From Alphaproteobacteria bacterium (lineage in GTDB: Bacteria > Pseudomonadota > Alphaproteobacteria > RF32 > CAG-239), in assembly GCA_045116295.1 (NCBI GenBank), contig JBGULQ010000012.1, forward strand, positions 25,678 through 89,677: a DNA stretch of 64,000 nucleotides. The letters run 5' to 3'. The notes beneath the pieces are model-generated. The model was not told the origin of the DNA and did not search any database. It was given only the letters and a program-made list of their open reading frames with translations. A program made the position numbers and the translations under genes. Below are positions 45,897 to 56,700 of this stretch, piece after piece; within the stretch, counting starts at the first letter, position 1, and the number at the start of each line of letters is the position of its first letter.

Positions 45897-45973
45897 TGGC
45901 GGGAGTGACGAGGCTCGAACTCGCGACCTCCTGCGTGACAGGCAGGCGCTCTAACCAACTGAGCTACACCCCC
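45897..45973 (-). tRNA. tRNA-Asp (GTC)
   Basis: GGGGGTGTAGCTCAGTTGGTTAGAGCGCCTGCCTGTCACGCAGGAGGTCGCGAGTTCGAGCCTCGTCACTCCCGCCA. Confidence 0.97.
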
Positions 45974-46141
45974 AGCGAATTCGTTATACCTTATAACTAA
46001 CATTTTTTTCATTTGCAAGCATTTTTTTCATAAAATATTAAAAAAATAAAAGTATAGGATATCATGAATTTTTATTTGGCATTTTTTTACTGTCATGCTA
46101 GAGTAGTGCTGAAATAATTTGTAAGTAGCAAAGGTATTGTT

Positions 46142-47545
46142 TTGTTTAAAGATTTTATACAACAAATTTATCCCTCGATTAAAACCAAGCAATGTTGGGT
46201 AACATTTTGCTCTACATTTGCTGTGGCTTTAGCTCTTATATTTGTAATTTCAAAAAACGGCTCAGTCAAAGCCTCTGTTCCGCACGATACCTCAATCACC
46301 GCGCTTCAAACCAGTGTTGAAGAAGATGGCTTTGAAGAAGAAACTATCATCGCTGAAGAAGAAGAAAGAACTCCTGTTCCTCATGATGGCAAATACACCA
46401 TTGACGTTAAATCCGGCGATACATTATTAAGCATTTTGACTGAAATGGGGGTTGAATATAAACACGCAAACGACGTATTTGTATCCATTCGTAAAGTATT
46501 TAACCCGCGTGACCTGCGTGTCGGGCAGAAAATTGAGATTGAAACCGCCACCATTGACGGATCTTATCTTATAAAATCCCTTACTTCAACATTGCGTACC
46601 GGACAACACCTGAATGTTGCCCGCAACGACAACGGTTCTTATTCAGCTCAGATTGATAAAGATGAACTGATTGAAGAAATCAAAACCGTCCACGGAACAA
46701 TTAACGGCATTTTATCAACATCGATGAATAAAGACGGTGTACCAAGCCGCATAATTGCCAATTTTATCCACATTTTCTCGCCTGGCGTTGATTTTCGTCG
46801 TGATATCAAAAAAGGTGACAGCTACGAGATTATGTATAAAAACTATCTCACACCTGATGGCATCATTGTCAAGAACGGCAACATCGTTTACGCCTCACTG
46901 ACTACCGGCAAAAACAAAAGGGAACTTTATCGTTTTAAAGATGCGAGTGGTATGGTAGATTACTACAACTCCAAAGGTGCAACAATTAAGAAAAATCTGC
47001 TTAGTCGCCGCCCAATGGCCCATCAATCGAGCCGAATTTCATCATATTTCGGTCGTCGCCGTCACCCGATATACAAGGATATTCGCACTCACTGGGGAGT
47101 TGACTACCCTGCACCCAAAGGCTCATTGGTCTACGCTGCCGGCAACGGCATCGTTGAGGTTGCACAATATCGCAATGGCTACGGTAACTACATCCGCATC
47201 AAACATAATGGTGAATATTCTACCGCATACGGCCACCTAAATGGCTATGCTCGAGGCATTCGCAATGGAGTTCGTGTCAAACAGGGACAAATTATAGGTT
47301 ATGTCGGCTCAACCGGACGCTCTACCGGTCCTCACTTGCACTATGAAGTAATTCGTAAAGGACAACGTGTCAATCCGCTAACCATCAAGGCTACTGCCAA
47401 TAACAACCTCTCAGGCAAAAATCTGGCTAACTTTAAGCATCAAGTCAACAAAATTAATGGTACACTCAAAAACATGATGGCTAATGCTAAAAAGTCTGAA
47501 AAATTGGCTCAAGAACAGACCAATCAGTCTGAACAAGTAAACTGA
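46142..47545 (+). CDS. M23 peptidoglycan DD-endopeptidase (MepM-like)
   Basis: TM anchor, GDTL LysM-like segment, HWGVDY, STGPHLHYEV. Confidence 0.92.
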   Translation: MFKDFIQQIYPSIKTKQCWVTFCSTFAVALALIFVISKNGSVKASVPHDTSITALQTSVEEDGFEEETIIAEEEERTPVPHDGKYTIDVKSGDTLLSILTEMGVEYKHANDVFVSIRKVFNPRDLRVGQKIEIETATIDGSYLIKSLTSTLRTGQHLNVARNDNGSYSAQIDKDELIEEIKTVHGTINGILSTSMNKDGVPSRIIANFIHIFSPGVDFRRDIKKGDSYEIMYKNYLTPDGIIVKNGNIVYASLTTGKNKRELYRFKDASGMVDYYNSKGATIKKNLLSRRPMAHQSSRISSYFGRRRHPIYKDIRTHWGVDYPAPKGSLVYAAGNGIVEVAQYRNGYGNYIRIKHNGEYSTAYGHLNGYARGIRNGVRVKQGQIIGYVGSTGRSTGPHLHYEVIRKGQRVNPLTIKATANNNLSGKNLANFKHQVNKINGTLKNMMANAKKSEKLAQEQTNQSEQVN

Positions 47546-47958
47546 TTTTTATCAACCCCGTTTATCGTTTTTATTGCCGGATTTCTCATAATTGCCGGTA
47601 ATTCGACGCTACGAAAAACGCTCCGCGGATCGGCGTGCTTAACAAATGCCGATATATTTCCGCTCGCTTGAGCAATAAAACGCTTTGAAGCCACAGCCCA
47701 AATTTCTGCAACTTTCAACTTATCCTGCTCATCAAATCCGTCACCATCGCCGAACAACTCATTCAACGCACTTCCACACGGAGTTTGGTCAATCATCATT
47801 GCTGACGGATTATTTTTTATATATTCAAATGCCGCATCTTTATTTTCTTTAGTCGGCAAAAAGCTGATTGAATACAACACGACACAATCAGCATTTGAAC
47901 TGACATCAAACGTCTCGGCAATTTTCATTGCCTTGTCATACAAATCTTTATCAATCAA
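47524..47958 (-). CDS. Putative ADP-ribosyl cyclase/NAD+ glycohydrolase (ARC, CD38-like) domain protein
   Basis: [15 protein letters not shown]...SVFRSVELP motif; TTG start overlapping the clpB stop. Confidence 0.6.
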   Translation of the reverse strand: MIDKDLYDKAMKIAETFDVSSNADCVVLYSISFLPTKENKDAAFEYIKNNPSAMMIDQTPCGSALNELFGDGDGFDEQDKLKVAEIWAVASKRFIAQASGNISAFVKHADPRSVFRSVELPAIMRNPAIKTINGVDKNQFTCSD

Positions 47959-50509
47959 CTTTTTCTATCTCCAGAGCATTATTTTTAACCACAATTTCAG
48001 CTGTATCATTATCGCCGATTTCATTGTTCAAAATCTTTAACGCCAATTTATTTTCGACTTGCGTCTTCAACAAACGCTTCAACGGACGAGCGCCGAAGTT
48101 CTCATCATAACCATTATTGCTGATCCACGTAATGGCTTCATTGCTGAAATGCAGTTTAATATTTTTCTCTTCCAATCGCTTCTCAATATTGTGCAACTGA
48201 ATTTTGGCAATTTGCTCAATATCATCTTTACTCAGCTTATCAAACATACTTATTTCATCAATACGGTTAATAAACTCCGGTCTGAAAGATGCCTTTACCA
48301 CTTCCATAACTTCATCTTTGGAGCCGCCACGCATTAAAATATCCGAACCCAAATTAGAAGTCATGATGATGATTGTATTCTTAAAATCTACCGTTCTACC
48401 CTTGCTGTCAGTCAAACGCCCGTCATCAAGGACTTGCAATAAAATATTGAACACATCGGGGTGTGCCTTTTCCACCTCATCAAACAAAATAACCTGATAT
48501 GGTCTGCGCCTTACAGATTCGGTCAACGCACCGCCTTCCTCATATCCGACATATCCCGGAGGAGAACCGATTAAACGAGCAACCGCATGCTTTTCCATAT
48601 ATTCTGACATATCAACACGAAACATTGCGTTTTCATCATTAAACAAAAACTCTGCCAAAGCTTTGCTCAACTCTGTCTTGCCCACACCCGTCGGCCCCAA
48701 AAACAAAAATGAACCAATCGGTTGCTTATGATCGCTGATACCTGCACGTGAACGGCGGACTGCATTAGCTACTGCACTAATGGCTTCTTTTTGCCCGACC
48801 ACTCTTTGAGCCAAAAATTCTTCCATCTTCAGCAGTTTATCTTTTTCGCCTTCCAGCATTTTATCAACCGGAATTCCCGTCCACTTTGAAACCACCTCGG
48901 CAATTGCCGCATCGGTAACCACGTGTTCACTATCTCCCTTTTGCTGTTTGGCCACTTCTTCCAATTCATGGAGTTTTTTCTCCAGCTGTGGAATTTCGCC
49001 ATATTGCAACTGTCCTGCCTTTTCAAATTGTCCGTTGCGTTGCGCAATAATTACTTCATTTCTGGCTCTATCCAGTTTCTCTTTAACCTCGGTCAAATCT
49101 GCCAACGCCTGCTTACCGGCATTCCATTTTGCCGAAAGCACATTTGCCTTTTCTTCTTCATCGGCAATCTCTTTTTCAATCTCAGTCAAACGTTTTTGAG
49201 AATTATCGTCTTTTTCTTTTTTCAACGCTTCACGCTCGATTTTGAGTTGCAAAATCTTACGATCAAGACCATCAAGTTCTTCCGGTTTTGAATCAATTGC
49301 CATACGTAGCGAGCTTGCCGCTTCATCCATCAAATCAATCGCTTTATCCGGCAAAAATCGATCGCTTATATATCTGTTTGAAAGCGTAACCGCCGCAATC
49401 AATGCACTATCAGAAATTCTCACCCCATGGTGTAGCTCAAACTTTTCCTTAATTCCACGTAAAATAGAGATACTCTCCTCAATCCCCGGCTCAGCCACAA
49501 ATACCGGTTGAAAACGTCTTGCCAAAGCGGCATCTTTTTCAACATATTTCTTATACTCTGCCAACGTCGTCGCACCCAGACAATGCAGCTCACCGCGTGC
49601 CAATGCCGGCTTTAATAAATTAGAGGCATCCATTGAGCCTTCATTAGCACCTGCTCCGACAATAGTGTGCATTTCATCAATGAATAATATTATATTTCCT
49701 TCGGCTGCTTCTACATCTTTCAACACCGCCTTCAAACGCTCTTCAAATTCGCCTCTGAATTTTGCTCCGGCAATCAGAGCTCCCATGTCCAAAGCCAACA
49801 GTCTTTTGCCTTTCAGACTTTCCGGCACATCGTTATTAACAATACGCATTGCCAATCCTTCAACAATAGCTGTTTTGCCGACGCCGGGCTCACCGATTAA
49901 AACCGGATTATTCTTGGTACGTCGTGACAACACTTGAATTGTTCTTCTGATCTCTGCATCACGTCCGATAACCGGATCAAGCTTTCCTTCTTTAGCCTTT
50001 GCCGTAATATCTATTGCATATTTTTTCAATGCTTCAAAATTGTCTTCTGCACTCTCGCTGTCAGCCAATCGCCCTTGGCGATAGTTAGCAATTGCCGTAT
50101 TTAATTTTTGCGCACTGACACCGCTCGATTTCAAAACTTCACAAGCCTTATTGCCGGCTGTCATTACCAGCGCCTGCAACAATCTTTCAACTGTAACAAA
50201 TTTATCGTTAGCCTTTGCGGCAATTTGCTCTGCCGCCACCATAACTTCATTAAAATCTTGCGACACAACCGTTTGCACATTGCCCGACACCTGTGCAATT
50301 TTAGCTATCTCACTTTCAACACCTTTACGCAAATTTTCAAGGTTGCCTCCGGCATCAACAATCAACTTATCAATTACACCATCATGCGTTGCCAAAATTG
50401 CCTGCAACACTTCCAACGCCGTAACATACTGACGTTTGCCGGCTACTGCTGTATCATAAGCTGATTTTATAATTTCTTGCGAACGAGTAGTAAATTTTTC
50501 TAAATTCAT
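47951..50509 (-). CDS. clpB: Chaperone ClpB
   Basis: Two AAA+ modules ([16 protein letters not shown]) and a coiled-coil middle domain. Confidence 0.97.
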   Translation of the reverse strand: MNLEKFTTRSQEIIKSAYDTAVAGKRQYVTALEVLQAILATHDGVIDKLIVDAGGNLENLRKGVESEIAKIAQVSGNVQTVVSQDFNEVMVAAEQIAAKANDKFVTVERLLQALVMTAGNKACEVLKSSGVSAQKLNTAIANYRQGRLADSESAEDNFEALKKYAIDITAKAKEGKLDPVIGRDAEIRRTIQVLSRRTKNNPVLIGEPGVGKTAIVEGLAMRIVNNDVPESLKGKRLLALDMGALIAGAKFRGEFEERLKAVLKDVEAAEGNIILFIDEMHTIVGAGANEGSMDASNLLKPALARGELHCLGATTLAEYKKYVEKDAALARRFQPVFVAEPGIEESISILRGIKEKFELHHGVRISDSALIAAVTLSNRYISDRFLPDKAIDLMDEAASSLRMAIDSKPEELDGLDRKILQLKIEREALKKEKDDNSQKRLTEIEKEIADEEEKANVLSAKWNAGKQALADLTEVKEKLDRARNEVIIAQRNGQFEKAGQLQYGEIPQLEKKLHELEEVAKQQKGDSEHVVTDAAIAEVVSKWTGIPVDKMLEGEKDKLLKMEEFLAQRVVGQKEAISAVANAVRRSRAGISDHKQPIGSFLFLGPTGVGKTELSKALAEFLFNDENAMFRVDMSEYMEKHAVARLIGSPPGYVGYEEGGALTESVRRRPYQVILFDEVEKAHPDVFNILLQVLDDGRLTDSKGRTVDFKNTIIIMTSNLGSDILMRGGSKDEVMEVVKASFRPEFINRIDEISMFDKLSKDDIEQIAKIQLHNIEKRLEEKNIKLHFSNEAITWISNNGYDENFGARPLKRLLKTQVENKLALKILNNEIGDNDTAEIVVKNNALEIEKVD

Positions 50510-50573
50510 GGTTATCATCTCCTATTATCTATATAGGAAGTCACAAACCGCAAAGTCAAGTTTCCATCGCAAT

Positions 50574-50604
50574 AAAAAACGGAGACTTTTAAGTCTCCGC
50601 TTTT
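50574..50604 (-). terminator. ychF terminator
   Basis: AAAAAACGGAGACTT-tt-AAGTCTCCG. Confidence 0.75.
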
Positions 50605-50606
50605 CA

Positions 50607-51716
50607 TTACACATTGAACAAGAAATTCATCAAATCTCCGTCCTGCACCACATAATCCTTGCCCTCGGAACGCATTTTTCCGGCCTCTTTACAAGCCTGT
50701 TCTCCGCCCAAGTTGACATAATCATCATAAGCAATGGTCTCGGCTCGAATAAAACCTCTTTCAAAATCCGAGTGTATAATTCCGGCACATTGCGGAGCCT
50801 TAGACCCTTTCACAAAAGTCCATGCTCTAACCTCTTTCGGACCAGCGGTAAAATACGTTTGTAAACCGAGCAACTCATAACCGGCTTTGATAATTCTTGC
50901 CAATCCGGTTTCTTTCAGCCCCAGAGTTTCCAAAAATTCTTGTTGTTCTTCCTTGTTATCCAACTGTGCAACTTCAGATTCGATTGCGGCAGAAATAATC
51001 ACTGCTTTAGCTCCTTCGCTTGCAGCTTTTTTCTCTACAGCTTCTGAAAATTTATTACCGGTTGCTGCCGAATTTTCATCAACATTGCAAACATACAAAA
51101 CCGGTTTAGATGTCAAAAGTTGCAACATTTTATACTCTTTGACTGCATCTTTATTGCTGTCATCGGGAGCAGCCGTTCTTGCCGGCTTACCTGATTTCAA
51201 CGCCTTGATAATCGGCTCCATAACTGCCTGACGAACAATTGATTCTTTATCTCCGCCGCGAGCTTTTTTAACCGTTTGGTCATAGCGTTTTTCCAACGAT
51301 TCCAAATCAGCAATCATCAACTCGGTTTCTACAATTTCGGCATCACGTATCGGATCAACACTGCCCTCAACATGAGTAATATTGTCATCTTCAAAACAGC
51401 GTAACACATGAATTATTGCATCAACCTCACGGATATTGGCCAAAAACTGATTGCCCAGCCCTTCGCCTCTTGAAGCCCCCTTTACCAAACCGGCAATATC
51501 AACAAATTCCAATTGTGTCGGCACAACGTTCTTGGGTTTTACCAACTCTACCAACTTGTCCAAGCGTTCATCTGGCACAGCAACACGACCGGTATTCGGC
51601 TCAATTGTGCAAAAAGGAAAATTCGCCGCCTGCGCTGCTATTGTTTGTGTCAACGCATTAAACAGAGTTGATTTTCCTACATTCGGCAACCCGACAATAC
51701 CGCAATTAAATCCCAT
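50607..51716 (-). CDS. ychF: Redox-regulated ATPase YchF
   Basis: GLPNVGKST, DIAGLV, IHSDFERGFI. Confidence 0.98.
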   Translation of the reverse strand: MGFNCGIVGLPNVGKSTLFNALTQTIAAQAANFPFCTIEPNTGRVAVPDERLDKLVELVKPKNVVPTQLEFVDIAGLVKGASRGEGLGNQFLANIREVDAIIHVLRCFEDDNITHVEGSVDPIRDAEIVETELMIADLESLEKRYDQTVKKARGGDKESIVRQAVMEPIIKALKSGKPARTAAPDDSNKDAVKEYKMLQLLTSKPVLYVCNVDENSAATGNKFSEAVEKKAASEGAKAVIISAAIESEVAQLDNKEEQQEFLETLGLKETGLARIIKAGYELLGLQTYFTAGPKEVRAWTFVKGSKAPQCAGIIHSDFERGFIRAETIAYDDYVNLGGEQACKEAGKMRSEGKDYVVQDGDLMNFLFNV

Positions 51717-51728
51717 AATTTTCTCCTC

Positions 51729-52298
51729 TTAAGCCTTCAGCATACCTATTTTATTACTAAACGCATTGATCCCGTCTTTAAGCAAAATACCGATATTATT
51801 CGTTACAATTTCAATATTTTGTTCCAGAGCAGTTGCTTCTGTTTTTGAAAACCTCGACAACACGTGGTTAACCACGTCTCCATTGTTACCTTGAGGGTGT
51901 CCGACACCGATTCGCACACGATTATACCCGTTTGTAATATGCGCATCTATGCTCTTAATCCCGTTATGTCCGCCTGAACCGCCACCGATCTTGGCCTTAA
52001 TTTTATTGATATCGAGATCCATATCGTCATGCACGACCACAATGTGATCAGGCAATATTTTATAGAACATTGCCGCTTTAACCACCGAATTTCCGGACAA
52101 ATTCATAAATGTCTGAGGTTTTAGCAAATAAACTTTTTCATCATCTATACGACCTTCGGCAATCAGTCCGTCAAACTTGTCGCGCCACGGTCCGAAACCA
52201 TATTTATCCGCGATAGCATCGACCGTCATAAAACCAACGTTATGACGAGTACCTGCATATTCAACTCCGGGATTACCTAAACCGACAATCAAAAACAT
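51729..52298 (-). CDS. pth: Peptidyl-tRNA hydrolase
   Basis: GLGNPG, TRHNVGF, GGHNG. Confidence 0.98.
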   Translation of the reverse strand: MFLIVGLGNPGVEYAGTRHNVGFMTVDAIADKYGFGPWRDKFDGLIAEGRIDDEKVYLLKPQTFMNLSGNSVVKAAMFYKILPDHIVVVHDDMDLDINKIKAKIGGGSGGHNGIKSIDAHITNGYNRVRIGVGHPQGNNGDVVNHVLSRFSKTEATALEQNIEIVTNNIGILLKDGINAFSNKIGMLKA

Positions 52299-52385
52299 TT
52301 CACCGCCCCGAATTTAAAAATTTTTCGGAGCGTGATGTCGAGACAACTGCTCAGAACCTCAACGCCCCGAAACATTTTCTACAGA

Positions 52386-52676
52386 CTATTTTCTAAGAAA
52401 GTCAACGTGAATTGGCATGTCAGAAACCGGATGGAATTGTACATCTTGGCAAGTAACTTTAACTTTTTTGCCATCGACAACAACTTCAATATCGGCATCA
52501 TAAAAACCAACCATATCCAAAGCCTTTTCGAGCTCAACCGGATGTAAGCTGATCATGACCGGATCCTGCTTGTTACCATAAATAACGGCAGGAACACGTC
52601 CCTCACGACGACATGCTCTAGCTGCCCCCTTACCTGCTTTTTCGCGCTTTTCAGCATTAAATGTAATATCTACCAT
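52386..52676 (-). CDS. rplY: 50S ribosomal protein L25 (short form)
   Basis: GKGAARACRREGRVPAVIYG, QFHPV..HVDF. Confidence 0.95.
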   Translation of the reverse strand: MVDITFNAEKREKAGKGAARACRREGRVPAVIYGNKQDPVMISLHPVELEKALDMVGFYDADIEVVVDGKKVKVTCQDVQFHPVSDMPIHVDFLRK

Positions 52677-52786
52677 TTGAATATTCCTTAAAAAATTAAT
52701 TTAAAAACTCCGGCAAACCTCCAGGGGTGTTCGCCGAACAAGACCCTTCTATACCCATATTTATTTTTTTTCAAGTACTTTTTGGT

Positions 52787-53680
52787 CTAAACTTCCATCG
52801 TCTCCAATAAATCACGACAATATGCCCGCAAATCCGGATTTTTCATCAGTGACAATTTCAAATTAGCCTTTGCCAATTCTGCATTAGTACCACAATCCAA
52901 GCGCATGGCATCACACAAAACACCGGTAAGTTTCATACCTCTTTGTGCGGCTAGTCCCATTGCATCAGCCAAATTAATTTCACCATTTGTACCTTTTTTA
53001 ACTTCCGGCAAAATATCCATGATCTCATTTGGCAAAATATATGGCCCCATGCTTGCGTAATTTGATGGCACATCTTCAAGTGCCGGCTTCTCAATTTTTC
53101 CTTTTGCACGCACAATGCGACCTTCTCTCACTGCGCCCACCAAAGCACCATAACGAACCATTTGTTCTCTCGGAAATTCCATAATATTTTCTACCATTCC
53201 ACCCTCTTGTTCGTATACATCAAGAAGTTGGCGCAGAATACCGGCCTCATTACGTGTTTTAATATAGACATCATCTGGCCACATAACCACAAAGTCACGA
53301 TCTCCGACAATATCTTTTGCCATCAAAACTGCATGACCATTGCCCTTGGGCTCACTCTGCTCGGCAAAACTAAATTTCATTCCTTCCGGAATAATTTCCT
53401 CAACAGTTTTCAATAAATCGTACTTTTTCTTCTCACGCAAGTGATTTTCAAGCCAAGGGTATGGCTTATAATACGCCTCAAACAAGTGTTTGCATGACTG
53501 ATCACTATAAATAAAAACAATTTCCTTTATTCCAATCTCCGCGCAGGCATTAACTGCATATTGTATAATCGGAACACTGTTTAAGGTCAAAAAACCTTTA
53601 TGCAATACTTTTGTTGCCGGCAGATTACGAGTTGACAACCCTGCCACAGGAAGAATACAAACTTCTGGTTTTCTATACAT
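52787..53680 (-). CDS. galU: UTP--glucose-1-phosphate uridylyltransferase-like protein
   Basis: PVAGLSTRNLPATK, QSEPKGNGHAV, IEKP. Confidence 0.8.
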   Translation of the reverse strand: MYRKPEVCILPVAGLSTRNLPATKVLHKGFLTLNSVPIIQYAVNACAEIGIKEIVFIYSDQSCKHLFEAYYKPYPWLENHLREKKKYDLLKTVEEIIPEGMKFSFAEQSEPKGNGHAVLMAKDIVGDRDFVVMWPDDVYIKTRNEAGILRQLLDVYEQEGGMVENIMEFPREQMVRYGALVGAVREGRIVRAKGKIEKPALEDVPSNYASMGPYILPNEIMDILPEVKKGTNGEINLADAMGLAAQRGMKLTGVLCDAMRLDCGTNAELAKANLKLSLMKNPDLRAYCRDLLETMEV

Positions 53681-53774
53681 AACATCACCCTCATAAAAAA
53701 TTCAATATTTTATGAGAAACAGCATAGCAAATAAAAAACTTTTTAACAGCTTATTTTTTTATTATCCCATATAT

Positions 53775-56700
53775 TTACTTATCATCGCTAAAGTCTAGGA
53801 CTCTGCGACCTTCTTTCTTAATCAGTTCTTCCATACGTTCAATATCCTCAAGATCGGGCTCAAATGTAACCGTTTTACCGCCTGCTGTCGCTATCTTTCC
53901 CGTATTTGCACTGATTTTTTGTTTTATTGCCTCTTCTTTTTGCTTTTTATAATATTTTGCTTCCTCAGATCTTATTTCGGCATCAATATGCGACTTATAT
54001 TCATCAATCAAGTCTTTCATCTCATCCATATCTTTATCAATCAACTCATATGCGCTTTTGAAATTAGAAGCATAATTTTCAAGTAAAGCCGCATCCTGTA
54101 TGCCTTGTGCTGTTATACTGTCACGTCTGACTTGAGTATAGTTCTTCTCCACCTCGAACATAAGTCTTTCTAATTTTTGCCTTATATTTTTGGCTTTCAC
54201 ATCTTTGTCGATAGCATACTGAGTAGTAATTTTCGACAACCTTTCCTCAAAGCCTAATTTAGCATCAGAATAATCTGATGACAAAACAGATTGTTGTTTA
54301 ACGCGATCAACAACTTTGCCGTAATAATCACTTACTCTCAAATTTACATCTTTTAAATGCAACTCCCGAAGATCGGCGGCAATAACTTTGAGCTTGTCCG
54401 CAATACCCTCATTTTGCTTTTGCAATTTTGCAATCAAATCATCAGTAACGACCGGTGTATTTTTCTGCGAAACAATATCCCTTATCTCTGAATTAACTCC
54501 CTTGATTTTTTCATTCAATTTTTCATATTCTTCCTTAATATCCTTATTTTCTGCCTTTTCACTGTTATCCCTATACTCAGGCATTATTTTTTCATACAGA
54601 CTGATACGTGATTTTTCTACAAATTCTTGTTGCAGTCCCATCAACGCACGATATTTTTCGACTTTCGCATTTTCGACAGCTTTTGCCTCCTCGGCAATTT
54701 TCTTTTCTCTTTGTACATATACCTCATTTAACTTGCTTACATCGACATCGAGCGACGGAGCATTAATTGTACCATCAAGGCTGAACCGCAACCCTTCAAG
54801 CGATGGATCATTCTTAAACGACACTAAAAATGACGCATTTCCCATCCATTCTCCTAAATTTCCCTTTGCCGTTGCCTCAACATCAACATTATCTGAGCTA
54901 AACAAGGCATTATTAACCACAAAATTTCCGCCGTTAAGCTCAAAATCACCACTCAGGCTGTCAAAAGCTGTTTCTCCTCGGCTCAGATTCTCCTGAAGCA
55001 TCACCTTCATTCCATCACCTGAAGTTCTACCTTCAAGATCGAGGTCAATGACATTCATATCCCAGCCTTTAACCAACGGTTTAACAATATTAAAAGTACC
55101 TTTACCGCTCAACTGCGTCAAGGCACTGTCAAATGATGACATATTTGTACTAAACTCAAAGTCCGAGTTCAAAACACCTCGTAACAATCCATAGCTCAGA
55201 CCACTCCACCGATCTTTGTTCATTGCCACATCATGCAAACTCAGTTTGCCGCTCAATCTACTATTCTCCGGAACATTAAACAAAAACTCGCCTGTCACCC
55301 TTCCGTCACCATCATCAGCAGAAAATTGCGTAACATTAAGCACACTGTCAGCGAGTTTCATTACCCATGACGCATTTTTCAAAGTCATATCGCCAATCAA
55401 TAAGCTATCAGATTTGACTGTTGCATCAATATACCAATCTTTCAACCATTCATAATCTATTTTTGCCTTGCTCAAAATCGGCTTACCTAAGAACGGCACT
55501 TTATCTGATCTTGGGCGAAACGCATCTTCCTCGGCATTTGTATTATAGAAAAACTTATCAAATTCTATGCTATTTGCATTAGCAACTGCCTTAACTGACT
55601 TCAGCTTTCCGATTTTTGAATATGTCATCTCACCTTTAAAATTATTGCTACCGACATTTGTATCAACATTTTTGCAAGACACATTATCAAAATTACCTTT
55701 GACATCAGCAACAAACCTAAATAACCCAAGTGGATAATTCGGATGATAATCAATTGAAAAATTATTCAGCATCCGCACAAAATCACTACTGTACAGTTCA
55801 ACTCGCCCGTCCCATACATAAGAATTTTCTCCGCGTGAAACTTCTCCGTTAAACTTATTATCAATATCGCCTAGCTTTGTTGCAAATTTTAGTCTTGCCC
55901 GATCAAAATCTCCGCTCACAATACCCTTCGAGGTCAAAGGCGACAAATTTTTCAAATTAATCGACGGAAAATCCATCTTCAGTTTTTTAGCAAATTTTTC
56001 ATTATCTTTAATCTCAATACCATACTTCATCTGCTTTACGGCAGGCTTTGCACCAAACCCGCTTATCTCACCTTTGAGGGCCACCTGTGCCGTTGCAATT
56101 TCATCAATTTCAAAATCATTTAATTTCATAATGCCGTTTTTCAAAACACCTTCGGCATAGGCTTTTTCAAACGGAACTTGCCCCCAAACTCCGGAATTAA
56201 GCGTCAGACGAAATTCAACATCTTTATCTTTCAACCCTCCGAGCTGTGAAAAACGATATTTTATTTTTTCTTCCCAATTTTTATCTGCAACATCTTCCGG
56301 CATATTCTCAACATAATTATCAAAATTAATCCTGTCGCTTTCCGCAATTACAAAATACTTATTTTTTTCACCACGCACCAAACCGAGTTTTCCTGTCACG
56401 CCGGTTTTATCAACATTAAACACAAACGGAGCAACTTTTATAGTCTGCTGATTACCTGAAATTGTAAATTTTGCTGATGCTTGCTTATATAACGCATTAG
56501 ACAACGGTTTAACATCATACCCCAGCCACTGTGCCGTTTTTGCAAATTCCGTCACTGCCGTATCAACATCAAAGTTAAATGTCATAACTTTTTCTGTACT
56601 GAATACTTCTCCCTTTGCCTTGACTATACCATCATATGGCAACTGCATGGTCATATTTTGCAAAGTCCAGACATTATCCACAAAATCCACACTAATATCA

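Noticed and set aside
45523-46000. Two similar ORFs (MFLSARPTEHLVEQGS...) in the tRNA-linked repeats
   Set aside because: TTG starts without RBS, one runs antisense through the tRNA; the similarity is explained by the DNA repeat
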